Below are positions 18,001 to 33,000 of a DNA stretch of 64,000 nucleotides, piece after piece. The notes beneath the pieces were generated by a model. That model ran no database searches, was not told the origin of the DNA, and worked only from the letters and a program-made list of their open reading frames with translations. This DNA comes from Mobula hypostoma (taxonomy: Eukaryota). Made by a program: the position numbers and the translations under genes. The stretch lies in contig NC_086107.1 of assembly GCF_963921235.1 (NCBI RefSeq), positions 108,378,001 to 108,442,000 of the forward strand, read 5' to 3'. Every line of letters starts with the position of its first letter. The first letter of the stretch is position 1.

Positions 18001-21000
18001 CCCAACACATCCCACCCTCTCCCACACTGTACACCAACACATCCAAACCTCTCCCATACTGTACCCCAACATATCGGACCCTCTGTAAAACAGTACCCCA
18101 ACATATCGCAACCTCTCCCACACTGTACCCCAACACATCCCACCCACTTCAACACTGTATCCCAACGCATCCCATCCTCTCTCACACTGTACCCCAACAT
18201 ATCCCACCCTCTCTCACACTGTACCCCAACACATCCCACCCTCCCCCACACAGTACCCCAATACATCCCAGCCTCTGCACACAATAACCCAATACATCCC
18301 ACCCTCTCACACACAGTACCCCAACACATGCCAGCCTCTCCCACACAGTACCCCAACACATCCTACCCTCTCCAACACTGTACCCCAACACATCCTACCC
18401 TCTCCCACACTGTACCCCAACACATCCCACCCTCTGTCACACTGTACCCCAACACACCGTAACCTCTCTCACACAGTACCCTAACACATCCACCCTCTCT
18501 CACACTGCACCCCGACACATCCGACCCTCTCTCACACTGTACCACAACAGATCCCACCCTCTGACACACTACACTTCTCAACCTCTCTCACACTGTGCCC
18601 AAACACAACCCACCCTCTCACACACTGTACCCCAACACATCCCACCCTCTCACACACTGTACCCCAACGCATTCCACCCTCCCCCACACAGTACCCCAAT
18701 ACATCCCAGTCTCTGCACACAATAACCCAATACATCCCACCCTCTCACACACAGTACCCCAACACATGCCAGCCTCTCCCACACAGTACCCCAACACATC
18801 CCACTCTCTCCAACACTGTACCCCAACACATCCCACCCTCTCCAACACTGTACCCCAACATATCCTACCCTCTCTCACACAGTACCCCAACACATCCCAC
18901 CCTCTCCAACACTGTACCCCAACACATCCCACCCTCTATCACACATTAGCGCAACACATCTCAACATCTCCCACACTCTACCTTAACACATACCACCCGC
19001 TCAGACACTGTACCCCAACACATCCCACCATCTCTCATACTAAACCCCAACACATCCCACTCTCTCCAACACTGTACCCCAACACATCCCACCCTCTCTC
19101 ACACTGCACCCCAAAACATCCCACCCTCTTTCACACATTACCACAACACATCCCAACATCTCCCACACTGTACCCCAACACATCCCACCCTCTCCAACAC
19201 TGTACCCCAACATATCCTACCCTCTCTCACACAGTACCCCAACACATCCGACCCTCTCTCACACTGTACCCCAACACATCCCACCCTCTGTCACACATTA
19301 CTGCAACACATCTCACCCTATCCCACAGTGTACCCCAACACATCCTAACCTCTCCCATTCTGTACCCCAACTCATCTCACCATCTCCCACGCAGAACCCC
19401 AGTTCATTCCACCCTTTGTCACACAATAGGCCAACACATCCCACCCTCTGTCACACTGAGCCCCAACACACCCTAACCTCTCTCACACAGTACCCTAACA
19501 CATCCCACCCTCTCTCACACTGCACCCCGACACATCCGACCCTCTCTCACACTGTACCACAACAGATCCCACCCTCTGACACACTACACCTCTCACCCTC
19601 TCTCACACTGTGCCCCAACACAACCCACCCTCTCACACACTGTACCCCAACACATCCCACCCTCTCTCAAAATGTACCCCAACACATCCCTCCCTCTCTC
19701 AAAATGTACCCCAACACATCCCTCCCTCTCCTACACAGTACCCCAACACTTCCTGTTCTCTCTCACAGTGTACCCCAAAATTTTACACGCTCTCCAACAC
19801 AATACCCCAATACAACCCACCCTCTGCTACACTGCACCCCAACACATCAAACCCTCTCTCAAACTGTACACCAACACATCCCAGCCTCTCTCACACTGTA
19901 CGCAAATACATCCCACCATCTGTCACACTGTACCCCAACACATCCCACCCTCTGCCACACTGAACCCCAACACATCCTACCTTCTCTCACACTGTACCCC
20001 AACTCATCCCACCCTCTATCACACATTCCCGCAACACATCCCACCGTCTTCAACACTGTACCCCAACACATCCCACGCTCTCCCACAATGTACCCCAACA
20101 CATCCCACCATCTCGCATGCAGAACCCCAATTCATCCCACACTCTCCCACTCTGTACCCCAGCACATACCACCCTCTCCCACACTGTACCCCAACACATT
20201 ACACCCTTCGACACACTGTACCCCATCACATCCTACCCTCTCCCACACTGAACCCCAATACAGCCCACCCTCTCCCACACTGTACACCAACACAACACAA
20301 CCTGTCCCACACTGTACCCCAACACATTTCACCCTCTCTCACACTGTACCCCAACACATCCCACCCTCTTCCACACTGTATCCCAACACATCCCATCCTC
20401 TCCCACACAGTACCCCAACACATCCCACCCTCTCCAACACTGTACCCCAACTCATCCCACCCTCTATCACACATTACCGCAACACATCCCAACATCTCCC
20501 ACACTCTACCTCAACACATCCCATCCTCTCCCACACTGTACCCCAACACATCCCACCATCTCTCACATTGTACCCCAACACATCCCAGCCTCTCACACAC
20601 TATACCGCGATGCATCCCATCGTCTCACACACTGTATCCCAACACATCCCACCCTCTCCCACACTGTAGCCCAACATATCCCACTCTCTCCAACACTGTA
20701 CCCCAACACATCCCACCCTCTCTCACACTGTACCCCAACACATCCCACCATCTCCCACCCTCTCCAACACTGTACCCCAACATATCCTACCCTCTCTCAC
20801 ACAGTACCCCAACACATCCGACCCTCTCTCAAACAGCACCCAAACACATTCCAGCCTCTCCCACACAATACCCCAATACAACCCACCCTCGGCTACACTG
20901 TACCCCAACACATCAAACCCTCTCTCAAACTGTACACCAATACATCCCAGCCTCTCTCACACTGTACCCCAAAACATCCCACCATCTGTCACACTGTACC

Positions 21001-24000
21001 CCAATACATCCCACCATCTATCACACTGTACCCCAAAACATCCCACCCTCTGCCACACTGAACGCCAACACATCCTACCTTCTCTCACACTGTACCCCAA
21101 TACATTCCACCATCTGCAACACTGTACCCCAACACATCCCACCATCTCTCACACTGTACTCCAACACATCCCAGCCTCTCACACACTATACCCCAACACA
21201 TCCCATCCTCTCTCACACTGTACCCCAACATATCCCACCCTCTCTCACACTATACCCCAACACATCCCACCCTCATGTCACACATTACCGCAACACACCC
21301 CACCCTCTTCAACACTGTACCCCAACACATCCCACCCTCTCCAACACTGTGCCCCAACACAACCCACCCTCTCACACACTGTACCCCAACACATCCCACC
21401 CTCTCTCAAACTGCACCGAAACACATCCCAGCTTCTCCCACACTGTACCCCAACACACCCCACCCTCTCCCACACTGTACCCCAACACATCTCACCCTCT
21501 CTCACACTGTGCCCCAACACAACCCACCCTCTCACACACTGTACCCCAACACATCCCACCCTCTCTCAAACTGTACCCCGACACATCCCTCCCTCTCCTA
21601 CACAGTACCCCAACGCATTCTGTTCTCTCTCACACTGTACCCCAACACATCCCACCCTCTCTCACACTGTACCCCAACACATCCCACCCTCTCTCAAACT
21701 GTACCCCAACACAACCCTCCCTCTCCTACACAGTACCCCAACGCATCCTATCCTCTCTCACACTGCACCCCAACATATCCCACCCTCTCTCACACTGTAC
21801 CCCAACACATCCCACCCTCTCCCACACTGTACCCCAACACATCCCACCCTCTCACAAACTGTACCCCAACACATCCCTCCCTCTCCTACACAGTACCCCA
21901 ACGCATCCCATCCTCTCTCACACTGTACCCCAACATATCCCACCCTCTCTCACACTGTACCCCAACACATCCCACCCTCTCCCACACTGTAGCCTAACAT
22001 ATCCCTCCCTCGCACACAGTGTATCCCAACACATCCGACCATCTCCCACACAGTACCGCAACACATCCCACCCTCTTCAACACTGTACACCAACACATCC
22101 CAACCTCTCCCATACTGTACCCCAACATATCGGACCCTCTCTAAAACTGTACCCCAACACATCCCACCATCTCTCACACTATACCCCAACACATCCCACC
22201 CTCTTCAACACTGTACCCCAACACATCCCACCATCTCCCATGCAGAATCCCAATTCATCCCACACTCTCCCACTCTGTACCCCAGCACATACCACCTTCT
22301 CTCACACTGTACCCCAATACATCCCACTATCTCTCACACTGTACTCCAACACATCCCAGCCTCTCACACACTATACCCCAACGTATCCCATCCTCTCTCA
22401 CACTGTACCCCAACATATCCCACCCTCTCTCACACTGTACCCCAACACATCCCACCCTCTCCCACACTGTACACCAACACATCCAAACCTCTCCCATACT
22501 GTACCCCAACATATCGGACCCTCTCTAAAACTGTACCCCAACACATCCCACCCACTTCAACACTGTATCCCAACACATCGCACCCTCTCCAACACTATTC
22601 CCCAACACATCCCACCCTCCCCCACACAGTACCCCAATACATCCCAGCCTCTGCACACAATAACCCAATACATCCCACCCTCTCACAAACAGTACCCCAA
22701 CACATGCCAGCCTCTCCCACACAGTACCCCAACACATCCCACCCTCTCCAACACTGTACCCCAACACATCCCACCATCTCTCATACTAAACCCCAACACA
22801 TCCCACTCTCTCCAACACTGTACCCCAACACATCCCACCCTCTCCAACACTGTACCCCAACACATCCCACCCTCTCCAACACTGTACCCCAACATATCCT
22901 ACCCTCTCTCACACAGTACCCCAACACAGTCGACCCTCTCTCAAACTGCACCCAAACACATCCCAGCCTCTCCCACACTGTACCCCAACACATCTCACCC
23001 TCTCTCACGCTGTACCCCAACACATCCCACCCTCTGTCACACATTAATGCAACACATCTCACCCTATCCCACAGTGTACCCCAACACATCCTAACCTCTC
23101 CCATATTGTACCCCAACTCATCTCACCATCTCCCATGCAGAACCCCAGTTCATTCCACCCTCTGTCACACAAAAGGCCAACACATCCCACCCTCTGTCAC
23201 ACTGAACCCCAACACACCCTAACCTCTCTCACAGTGCACCTCAATACATCCCACCATCTGCCACACTGTACTCCAACACATCCCACCCTCTGCCACACTG
23301 TACCCCAACACATCCCACCCTCTCCAACACTGTACCCCAACACATCCCACCCTCTCCAACACTGTACCCCAACATATCCTACCCTCTCTCACACAGTACC
23401 CCAACACAGTCGACCCTCTCTCAAACTGCACCCAAACACATCCCAGCCTCTCCCACACTGTACCCCAACACATCTCACCCTCTCTCACGCTGTACCCCAA
23501 CACATCCCACCCTCTGTCACACATTAATGCAACACATCTCACCCTATCCCACAGTGTACCCCAACACATCCTAACCTCTCCCATATTGTACCCCAACTCA
23601 TCTCACCATCTCCCATGCAGAACCCCAGTTCATTCCACCCTCTGTCACACAAAAGGCCAACACATCCCACCCTCTGTCACACTGAACCCCAACACACCCT
23701 AACCTCTCTCACAGTGCACCTCAATACATCCCATCATCTGCCACACTGTACTCCAACACATCCCACCCTCTGCCACACTGTACCCCAACACATCCCACCC
23801 TCTCCAACACTGTACCCCAACACATCCCACCCTCTCCAACACTGTACCCCAACATATCCTACCCTCTCTCACACAGTACCCCAACACATCCCACCATCTC
23901 TCACACTGTACTCCAACACATCCCAGCCTCTCACACACTATACCCCAACGCATCCCATCCTCTCTCACACTGTACCCCAACCTATCCCACCCTCTCTCAC

Positions 24001-27000
24001 ACTATACCCCAACACATCCCACCCTCTTGTCACACATTACCGCAACACACCCCACCCTCTTCAACACTGTACCCCAACACATCCCACCCTCTCCAACACT
24101 GTGCCCCAACACAACCCACCCTCTCATACACTGTACCCCAACACATCCCACCCTCTCTCAAACTGCACCGAAACACATCCCAGCTTCTCCCACACTGTAC
24201 CCCAACACACCCCACCCTCTCCCACACTGTACCCCAACACATCTCACCCTCTCTCACACTGTGCCCCAACACAACCCACCCTCTCACACACTGTACCCCA
24301 ACACATCCCACCCTCTCTCAAACTGTACCCCGACACATCCCTCCCTCTCCTACACAGTACCCCAACGCATTCTGTTCTCTCTCACACTGTACCCAAACAC
24401 ATCCCACCCTCTCTCACACTGTACCCCAACACATCCCACCCTCTCTCAAACTGTACCCCAACACATCCCTCCCTCTCCTACACAGTACCCCAACGCATCC
24501 TATCCTCTCTCACACTGTACCCCAACATATCCCACCCTCTCTCACACTGTACCCCAACACATCCCACCCTCTCCCACACTGTACCCCAACACATCCCACC
24601 CTCTCTCAAACTGTACCCCAACACATCCCTCCCTCTCCTACACAGTACCCCAACGCATCCCATCCTCTCTCACACTGTACCCCAACATATCCCACCCTCT
24701 CTCACACTGTACCCCAACACATCCCACCCTCTCCCACACTGTAGCCTAACATATCCCACCCTCGCACACAGTGTATCCCAACACATCCGACCATCTCCCA
24801 CACAGTACCGCAACACATCCCACCCTCTTCAACACTGTACACCAACACATCCCAACCTCTCCCATACTGTACCCCAACATATCGGACCCTCTCTAAAACT
24901 GTACCCCAACACATCCCACCATCTCTCACACTATACCCCAACACATCCCACCCTCTTCAACACTGTACCCCAACACATCCCACCATCTCCCATGCAGAAT
25001 CCCAATTCATCCCACACTCTCCCACTCTGTACCCCAGCACATACCACCTTCTCTCACACTGTACCCCAATACATCTCACCCTCTCTCACGCTGTACCCCA
25101 ACACATCCCACCCTCTGTCACACATTAATGCAACACATCTCACCCTATCCCACAGTGTACCCCAACACATCCTAACCTCTCCAATATTGTACCCCAACTC
25201 ATCTCACCATCTCCCATGCAGAACCCCATTTCATTCCACCCTCTGTCACACAAAAGGCCAACACATCCCACCCTCTGTCACACTGTACCCCAACACATCC
25301 CACCCTGTCTGACACAGTACCTCAACACATCCTACCGTCTCCCACACTGTACCACAACCAATTCCATCCTCTCTCACACTGCACCCCAACACATCCCACC
25401 GTCTCTCACACTGTACCCCAACACACCCCACCCTCTCTCACACTGTACCCCAACACATCCCACCCTCTCACGCATTGTACCCCAACACATCCCACACTCT
25501 CACACACTGTACCCCAACATATCCAGCCATCTCTCACACAGTACCCCAACACATCCCACGCTCTCTCAAACTGTACCCCAACGCATCCCAGCCTCTCTCA
25601 TACTGTACCCCAACACACCCCACCCTCTCTCACTGTACCCCAACACATCCCACCCTCTCTCACAGTGTACCCCAACACATCCCACCATCTCTCACACTGT
25701 TCCCCAACACATCCCACCATCGCTCACACTGTTCCCCAACACATCCCACCCTCTCCCTCAGGGTACCACAATACCTCCCTACCTCTGTCACACAGTACCC
25801 CAACACATCCCACCCTCTCTCACAACGTACCCCAACACAACCCACCCTCTCACACACTGTACCCCACCACATCCCACCCTCTCTCAAACTGTACCCCAAC
25901 ACTTCCCACCCTCTGTCACATGGTACCCCAATACATCCCACCCTCTCCAACGCAGTACCGCAACATATCCCTCCGTCTCATGCACTGTACCCCAACTCAT
26001 GCTGTCCTCTCCCACACTCTACCCCAACACATCCAACCATCTCTCACAGTGTACCCCAGCACATCCCACCCTCTCCCACACTGTATCAAAACACATCCCA
26101 CCCTCTCCCACACTGTACTCCAACACATCCAACCCTCTCTCACACTGTACCCCAACACATCCCACCCTCTCCCACACAGTACCCCAACACATCCTGTCCT
26201 CTGTCACACTGTACCCCAACACATCCCACCCTTTACCACACTGTACCCCAACAGATCCTACCCTGCGTCACACTCTACTCCAACACATCCCACCCTCTCA
26301 CACACTGTACCCCAACACATCCCACCCGCTCCCTCACAGTACCCCAACACATCCCGCCCTCTCACACACTGTACCCCAACACACCCCACCCTCTTTCACA
26401 CTGTACCCCAACACAACCCACCCCCTAACGCACTGTACCCCAACACATCCCACCCTCTCTCACACTGTACCCCAACACATTCCACCCTCTCTCAAACTGT
26501 AACTCAACACATCCCACCCTCTCTCGCACTGCACCCCAACACATCCCTCCCTCCCCCACACAGTACCCCAACACATCCCACCCTCTCCAACACTGTACCC
26601 CAACATATCCTACCCTCTCTCACACAGTACCCCAACACAGTCGACCCTCTCTCAAACTGCACCCAAACACATCCCAGCCTCTCCCACACTGTACCCCAAC
26701 ACATCTCACCCTCTCTCACGCTGTACCCCAACACATCCCACCCTCTGTCACACATTACTGCAACACATCTCACCCTATCCCACAGTGTACCCCAACACAT
26801 CCTAACCTCTCCCATACTGTACCCCAACTCATCTCACCATCTCCCACGCAGAACTCCAATTCATTCCACCCTCTGTCACACTGAACCCCAACACATCCTG
26901 TCCTCACCCATACTTTACCACAAGACATCCCACCCTCTCCCACACTGTACCCCAACACATCCCACCATCTCTGTACTGTACCCCAACACATCCCACCCTG

Positions 27001-30000
27001 TCTGACACAGTACCTCAACACATCCTACCGTCTCCCACACTGTACCACAACCAATTCCATCCTCTCTCACACTGCACCCCAACACATCCCACCGTCTCTC
27101 ACACTGTACCCCAACACATCCCACCCTCTCTCACACTGTACCCCAACACATCCCACCCTCTCACGCATTGTACCCCAACACATCCCACACTCTCACACAC
27201 TGTACCCCAACATATCCAGCCATCTCTCACACAGTACCCTAACACATCCCACGCTCTCTCAAACTGTACCCCAACGCATCCCAGCCTCTTTCATACTGTA
27301 CCCAAACACACCCCACCCTCTCTCACTGTACCCCAACACATCCCACCCTCTCTCACAGTGTACCCCAACACATCCCACCATCTCTCACACTGTTCCCCAA
27401 CACATCCCACCCTCTCCCTCAGGGTACCACAATACCACCCTACCTCTGTCACACAGTACCCCAGCACATCCCGCCCTCTCTCATACTGTACCCCACCACA
27501 TCCCACCCTCTCTCAAACTGTACCCCAACACATCCCACCCTCTGTCACATGGTACTCCAATACATCCCACCCTCTCCAACGCAGTACCGCAACATATCCC
27601 TCCATCTCACGCACTGTACCCCAACACATGCTGTCCTCTCCCACACTCTACCCCGACACATCCCATCCTCTCCCACACTCTACCCCAACACATCCAACCA
27701 TCTCTCACAGTGTACCCCAGCACATCCAACCCTCTCCCACACTGTATCCCAACACATCCCACCCTCTCCCACACTGTACACCAACACATCCAACCCTCTC
27801 TCACAGTGTACCCCAACACTTCCCATCCTCTGTCACATGGTACCCCAATACATCCCACCCTCTCCAACGCAGTACCGCAGCATATCCCTCCGTCTCACGC
27901 ACTGTACCCCAACACATCCTGTCCTCTGTCACACTGTACCCCAACACATCCCACCCTTTACCACACTGTACCCCAACAGATCCTACCCTGCGTCACACTC
28001 TACTCCAACACATCCCACCCTCTCACACACTGTACCCCAACACATCCCACCCGCTCCCACACAGTACCCCAACACATCCCGCCCTCTCGCACACTGTACC
28101 CCAACACACCCCACCCTCTTTCACACTGTACCCCAACACACCCCACCCCTTAACGCACTGTACCCCAACACATCCCACCCTCTCTCACACTGTACATCAA
28201 CACATTCCACCCTCTCTCAAACTGTAACTCAACACATCCCACCCTCTCTCGCACTGCACCCCAACACATCCCTCCCTCTCACACACTGTACCCCAACACA
28301 TCCCACCCGCTCCCACATAGTACCCCAACACATCCCTCCCTCTCACACACTGTACCCCAACACACCCCACCCTCTTCCACACTGTATCCCAACACATCCC
28401 ACCCTCTCCCACACTGTACTCCAACACATCCAACCCTCTCTCACAGTGTACCCCAGCACATCCCACCCTCTCCCACACTGTACCCCAACACACCCCACCC
28501 CCTAACGCACTGTACCCCAACACATCCCAACCTCTCGCACACTGTACCCCAACACACCCCACCCTCTTTCACACTGTACCCCAACACATCCCACCCTCTC
28601 CCACACTGTACTCCAACACATCCAACCCTCTCTCACAGTGTACCCCAACACATCCCACCCTCTCCCACACTGTACCCCAACACACCCCACCCCCTAACGC
28701 ACTGCACCCCAACACATCCCAACCTCTCGCACACTGTACCCCAACACACCCCACCCCCTAACGCACTGTACCCCAACACATTCCACCCTCTCTCAAACTG
28801 TAACTCAACACATCCCACCCTCTCTCGCACTGCACCCCAACACATCCCTCCCTCCCCCACACAGTACCCCAACACATCCCACCCTCTCCAACACTGTACC
28901 CCAACATATCCCACCATCTCTGCACTGTACCCCAACACATCCCACCCTGTCTGACACAGTACCTCAACACATCCTACCGTCTCCCACACTGTACCACAAC
29001 CAATTCCATCCTCTCTCACACTGCACCCCAACACATCCCACCGTCTCTCACACTGTACCCCAACACATCCCACCCTCTCTCACACTGTACCCCAACACAT
29101 CCCACCCTCTCACGCATTGTACCCCAACACATCCCACACTCTCACACACTGTACCCCAACATATCCAGCCATCTCTCACACAGTACCCCAACACATCCCA
29201 CGCTCTCTCAAACTGTACCCCAACGCATCCCAGCCTCTCTCATACTGTACCCCAACACACCCCACCCTCTCTCACTGTACCCCAACACATCCCACCCTCT
29301 CTCACAGTGTACCCCAACACATCCCACCATCTCTCACACTGTTCCCCAACACATCCCACCCTCTCCCTCAGGGTACCACAATACCTCCCTACCTCTGTCA
29401 CACAGTACCCCAGCACATCCCGCCCTCTCTCATACTGTACCCCACCACATCCCACCCTCTCTCAAACTGTACCCCAACACATCCCACCCTCTCACACACT
29501 ACACTTCCCACCCTCTCTCACACCGTACCCCAACACAACCCACCCTCTCACACACTATACCCCACCACATCCCACCCTCTCTCAAACTGTACCCCAACAC
29601 TTCCCACCCTCTGTCACATGGTACCCCAATACATCCCACCCTCTCCAACGCAGTACCGCAACATATCCCTCCGTCTCACGCACTGTACCCCAACTCATGC
29701 TGTCCTCTCCCACACTCTACCCCAACACATCCAACCATCTCTCACAGTGTACCCCAGCACATCCCACCCTCTCCCACACTGTATCCCAACACATCCCACC
29801 CTCTCCCACACTGTACTCCAACACATCCAACCCTCTCTCACAGTGTACCCCAACACATCCCACCCTCTCCCACACAGTACCCCAACACATCCTGTCCTCT
29901 GTCACACTGTACCCCAACACATCCCACCCTTTACCACACTGTACCCCAACAGATCCTACCCTGCGTCACACTCTACTCCAACACATCCCACCCTCTCGCA

Positions 30001-33000
30001 CACTGTACCCCAACACACCCCACCCTCTTTCACACTGTACCCCAACACACCCCACCCCTTAACGCACTGTACCCCAACACATCCCACCCTCTCTCACACT
30101 GTACCCCAACACATTCCACCCTCTCTCAAACTGTAACTCAACACATCCCACCCTCTCTCGCACTGCACCCCAACACATCCCTCCCTCTCCCACACAGTAC
30201 CCCAACACATCCCACCCTCTCACACACCGTATACCAGCACATTCTACCCTCTCACACACTGTACCCCAACACATCCCTCCCTCTCTCACACCATACCCCA
30301 ACACACCCTGTCCTCACCCACACTGTGCCCCAACATATCCCACCCTTTCTCACACAGTACCCCAACACATCCCACCCTTTCTCAAACTCTACCCCAACAC
30401 ATCCCAGCCTCTCTCACACTGTACCCCAACACATCCCACCCTCTCCCACACTTTACCCCAACACATCCCACCCTCTCTCACACTGTACCCCAACACATCC
30501 CACCCTCTCCCACACAGTACCCCAACACATCCTGTCCTCTGTCACACTGTACCCCAACACATCCCACTCTTTACCACACTGTACCCCAACAGATCCTACC
30601 CTGCGTCACACTCTACTCCAACACATCCCACCCTCTCACACACTGTACCCCAACACATCCCACCCGCTCCCACACAGTACCCCAACACATCCCGCCCTCT
30701 CGCACACTGTACCCCAACACACCCCACCCTCTTTCACACTGTACCCCAACACACCCCACCCCTTAACGCACTGTACCCCAACACATCCCACCCTCTCTCA
30801 CACTGTACCCCAACACATTCCACCCTCTCTCAAACTGTAACTCAACACATCCCACCCTCTCTCGCACTGCACCCCAACACATCCCTCCCTCTCACACACT
30901 GTACCCCAACACATCCCACCCGCTCCCACACAGTACCCCAACACATCCCTCCCTCTCACACACTGTACCCCAACACACCCCACCCTCTTCCACACTGTAT
31001 CCCAACACATCCCACCCTCTCCCACACTGTACTCCAACACATCCAACCCTCTCTCACAGTGTACCCCAACACATCCCACCCTCTCCCACACTGTACCCCA
31101 ACACACCCCACCCCCTAACGCACTGTACCCCAACACATCCCAACCTCTCGCACACTGTACCCCAACACACCCCACCCTCTTTCACACTGTACCCCAACAC
31201 ACCCCACCCCCTAACGCACTGTACCCCAACACATTCCACCCTCTCTCAAACTGTAACTCAACACATCCCACCCTCTCTCGCACTGCACCCCAACACATCC
31301 CTCCCTCCCCCACACAGTACCCCAACACATCCCACCCTCTCCAACACTGTACCCCAACATATCCCACCATCTCTGCACTGTACCCCAACACATCCCACCC
31401 TGTCTGACACAGTACCTCAACACATCCTACCGTCTCCCACACTGTACCACAACCAATTCCATCCTCTCTCACACTGCACCCCAACACATCCCACCGTCTC
31501 TCACACTGTACCCCAACACATCCCACCCTCTCTCACACTGTACCCCAACACATCCCACCCTCTCACGCATTGTACCCCAACACATCCCACACTCTCACAC
31601 ACTGTACCCCAACATATCCAGCCATCTCTCACACAGTACCCCAACACATCCCACGCTCTCTCAAACTGTACCCCAACGCATCCCAGCCTCTCTCATACTG
31701 TACCCCAACACACCCCACCCTCTCTCACTGTACCCCAACACATCCCACCCTCTCTCACAGTGTACCCCAACACATCCCACCATCTCTCACACTGTTCCCC
31801 AACACATCCCACCCTCTCCCTCAGGGTACCACAATACCTCCCTACCTCTGTCACACAGTACCCCAGCACATCCCGCCCTCTCTCATACTGTACCCCACCA
31901 CATCCCACCCTCTCTCAAACTGTACCCCAACACATCCCACCCTCTGTCACATGGTACTCCTATACATCCCACCCTCTCCAACGCAGTACCGCAACATATC
32001 CCTCCATCTCACGCACTGTACCCCAACACATGCTGTCCTCTCCCACATTCTACCCCGACACATCCCATCCTCTCTCACACTGTACCCCAGCACATCCCAC
32101 CCTCTCACACACTACACTTCCCACCCTCTCTCACACCGTACCCCAACACAACCCACCCTCTCACACACTATACCCCACCACATCCCACCCTCTCTCAAAC
32201 TGTACCCCAACACTTCCCACCCTCTGTCACATGGTACCCCAATACATCCCACCCTCTCCAACGCAGTACCGCAACATATCCCTCCGTCTCACGCACTGTA
32301 CCCCAACTCATGCTGTCCTCTCCCACACTCTACCCCAACACATCCAACCATCTCTCACAGTGTACCCCAGCACATCCCACCCTCTCCCACACTGTATCCC
32401 AACACATCCCACCCTCTCCCACACTGTACTCCAACACATCCAACCCTCTCTCACAGTGTACCCCAACACATCCCACCCTCTCCCACACAGTACCCCAACA
32501 CATCCTGTCCTCTGTCACACTGTACCCCAACACATCCCACCCTTTACCACACTGTACCCCAACAGATCCTACCCTGCGTCACACTCTACTCCAACACATC
32601 CCACCCTCTCGCACACTGTACCCCAACACACCCCACCCTCTTTCACACTGTACCCCAACACACCCCACCCCTTAACGCACTGTACCCCAACACATCCCAC
32701 CCTCTCTCACACTGTACCCCAACACATTCCACCCTCTCTCAAACTGTAACTCAACACATCCCACCCTCTCTCGCACTGCACCCCAACACATCCCTCCCTC
32801 TCCCACACAGTACCCCAACACATCCCACCCTCTCACACACCGTAAACCAGCACATTCCACCCTCTCACTCACTGTACCCCAACACATCCCTCCCTCTCTC
32901 ACACCATACCCCAACACACCCTGTCCTCTCCCACACTCTACCCCAACACATCCAACCATCTCTCACAGTGTACCCCAGCACATCCCACCCTCTCCCACAC

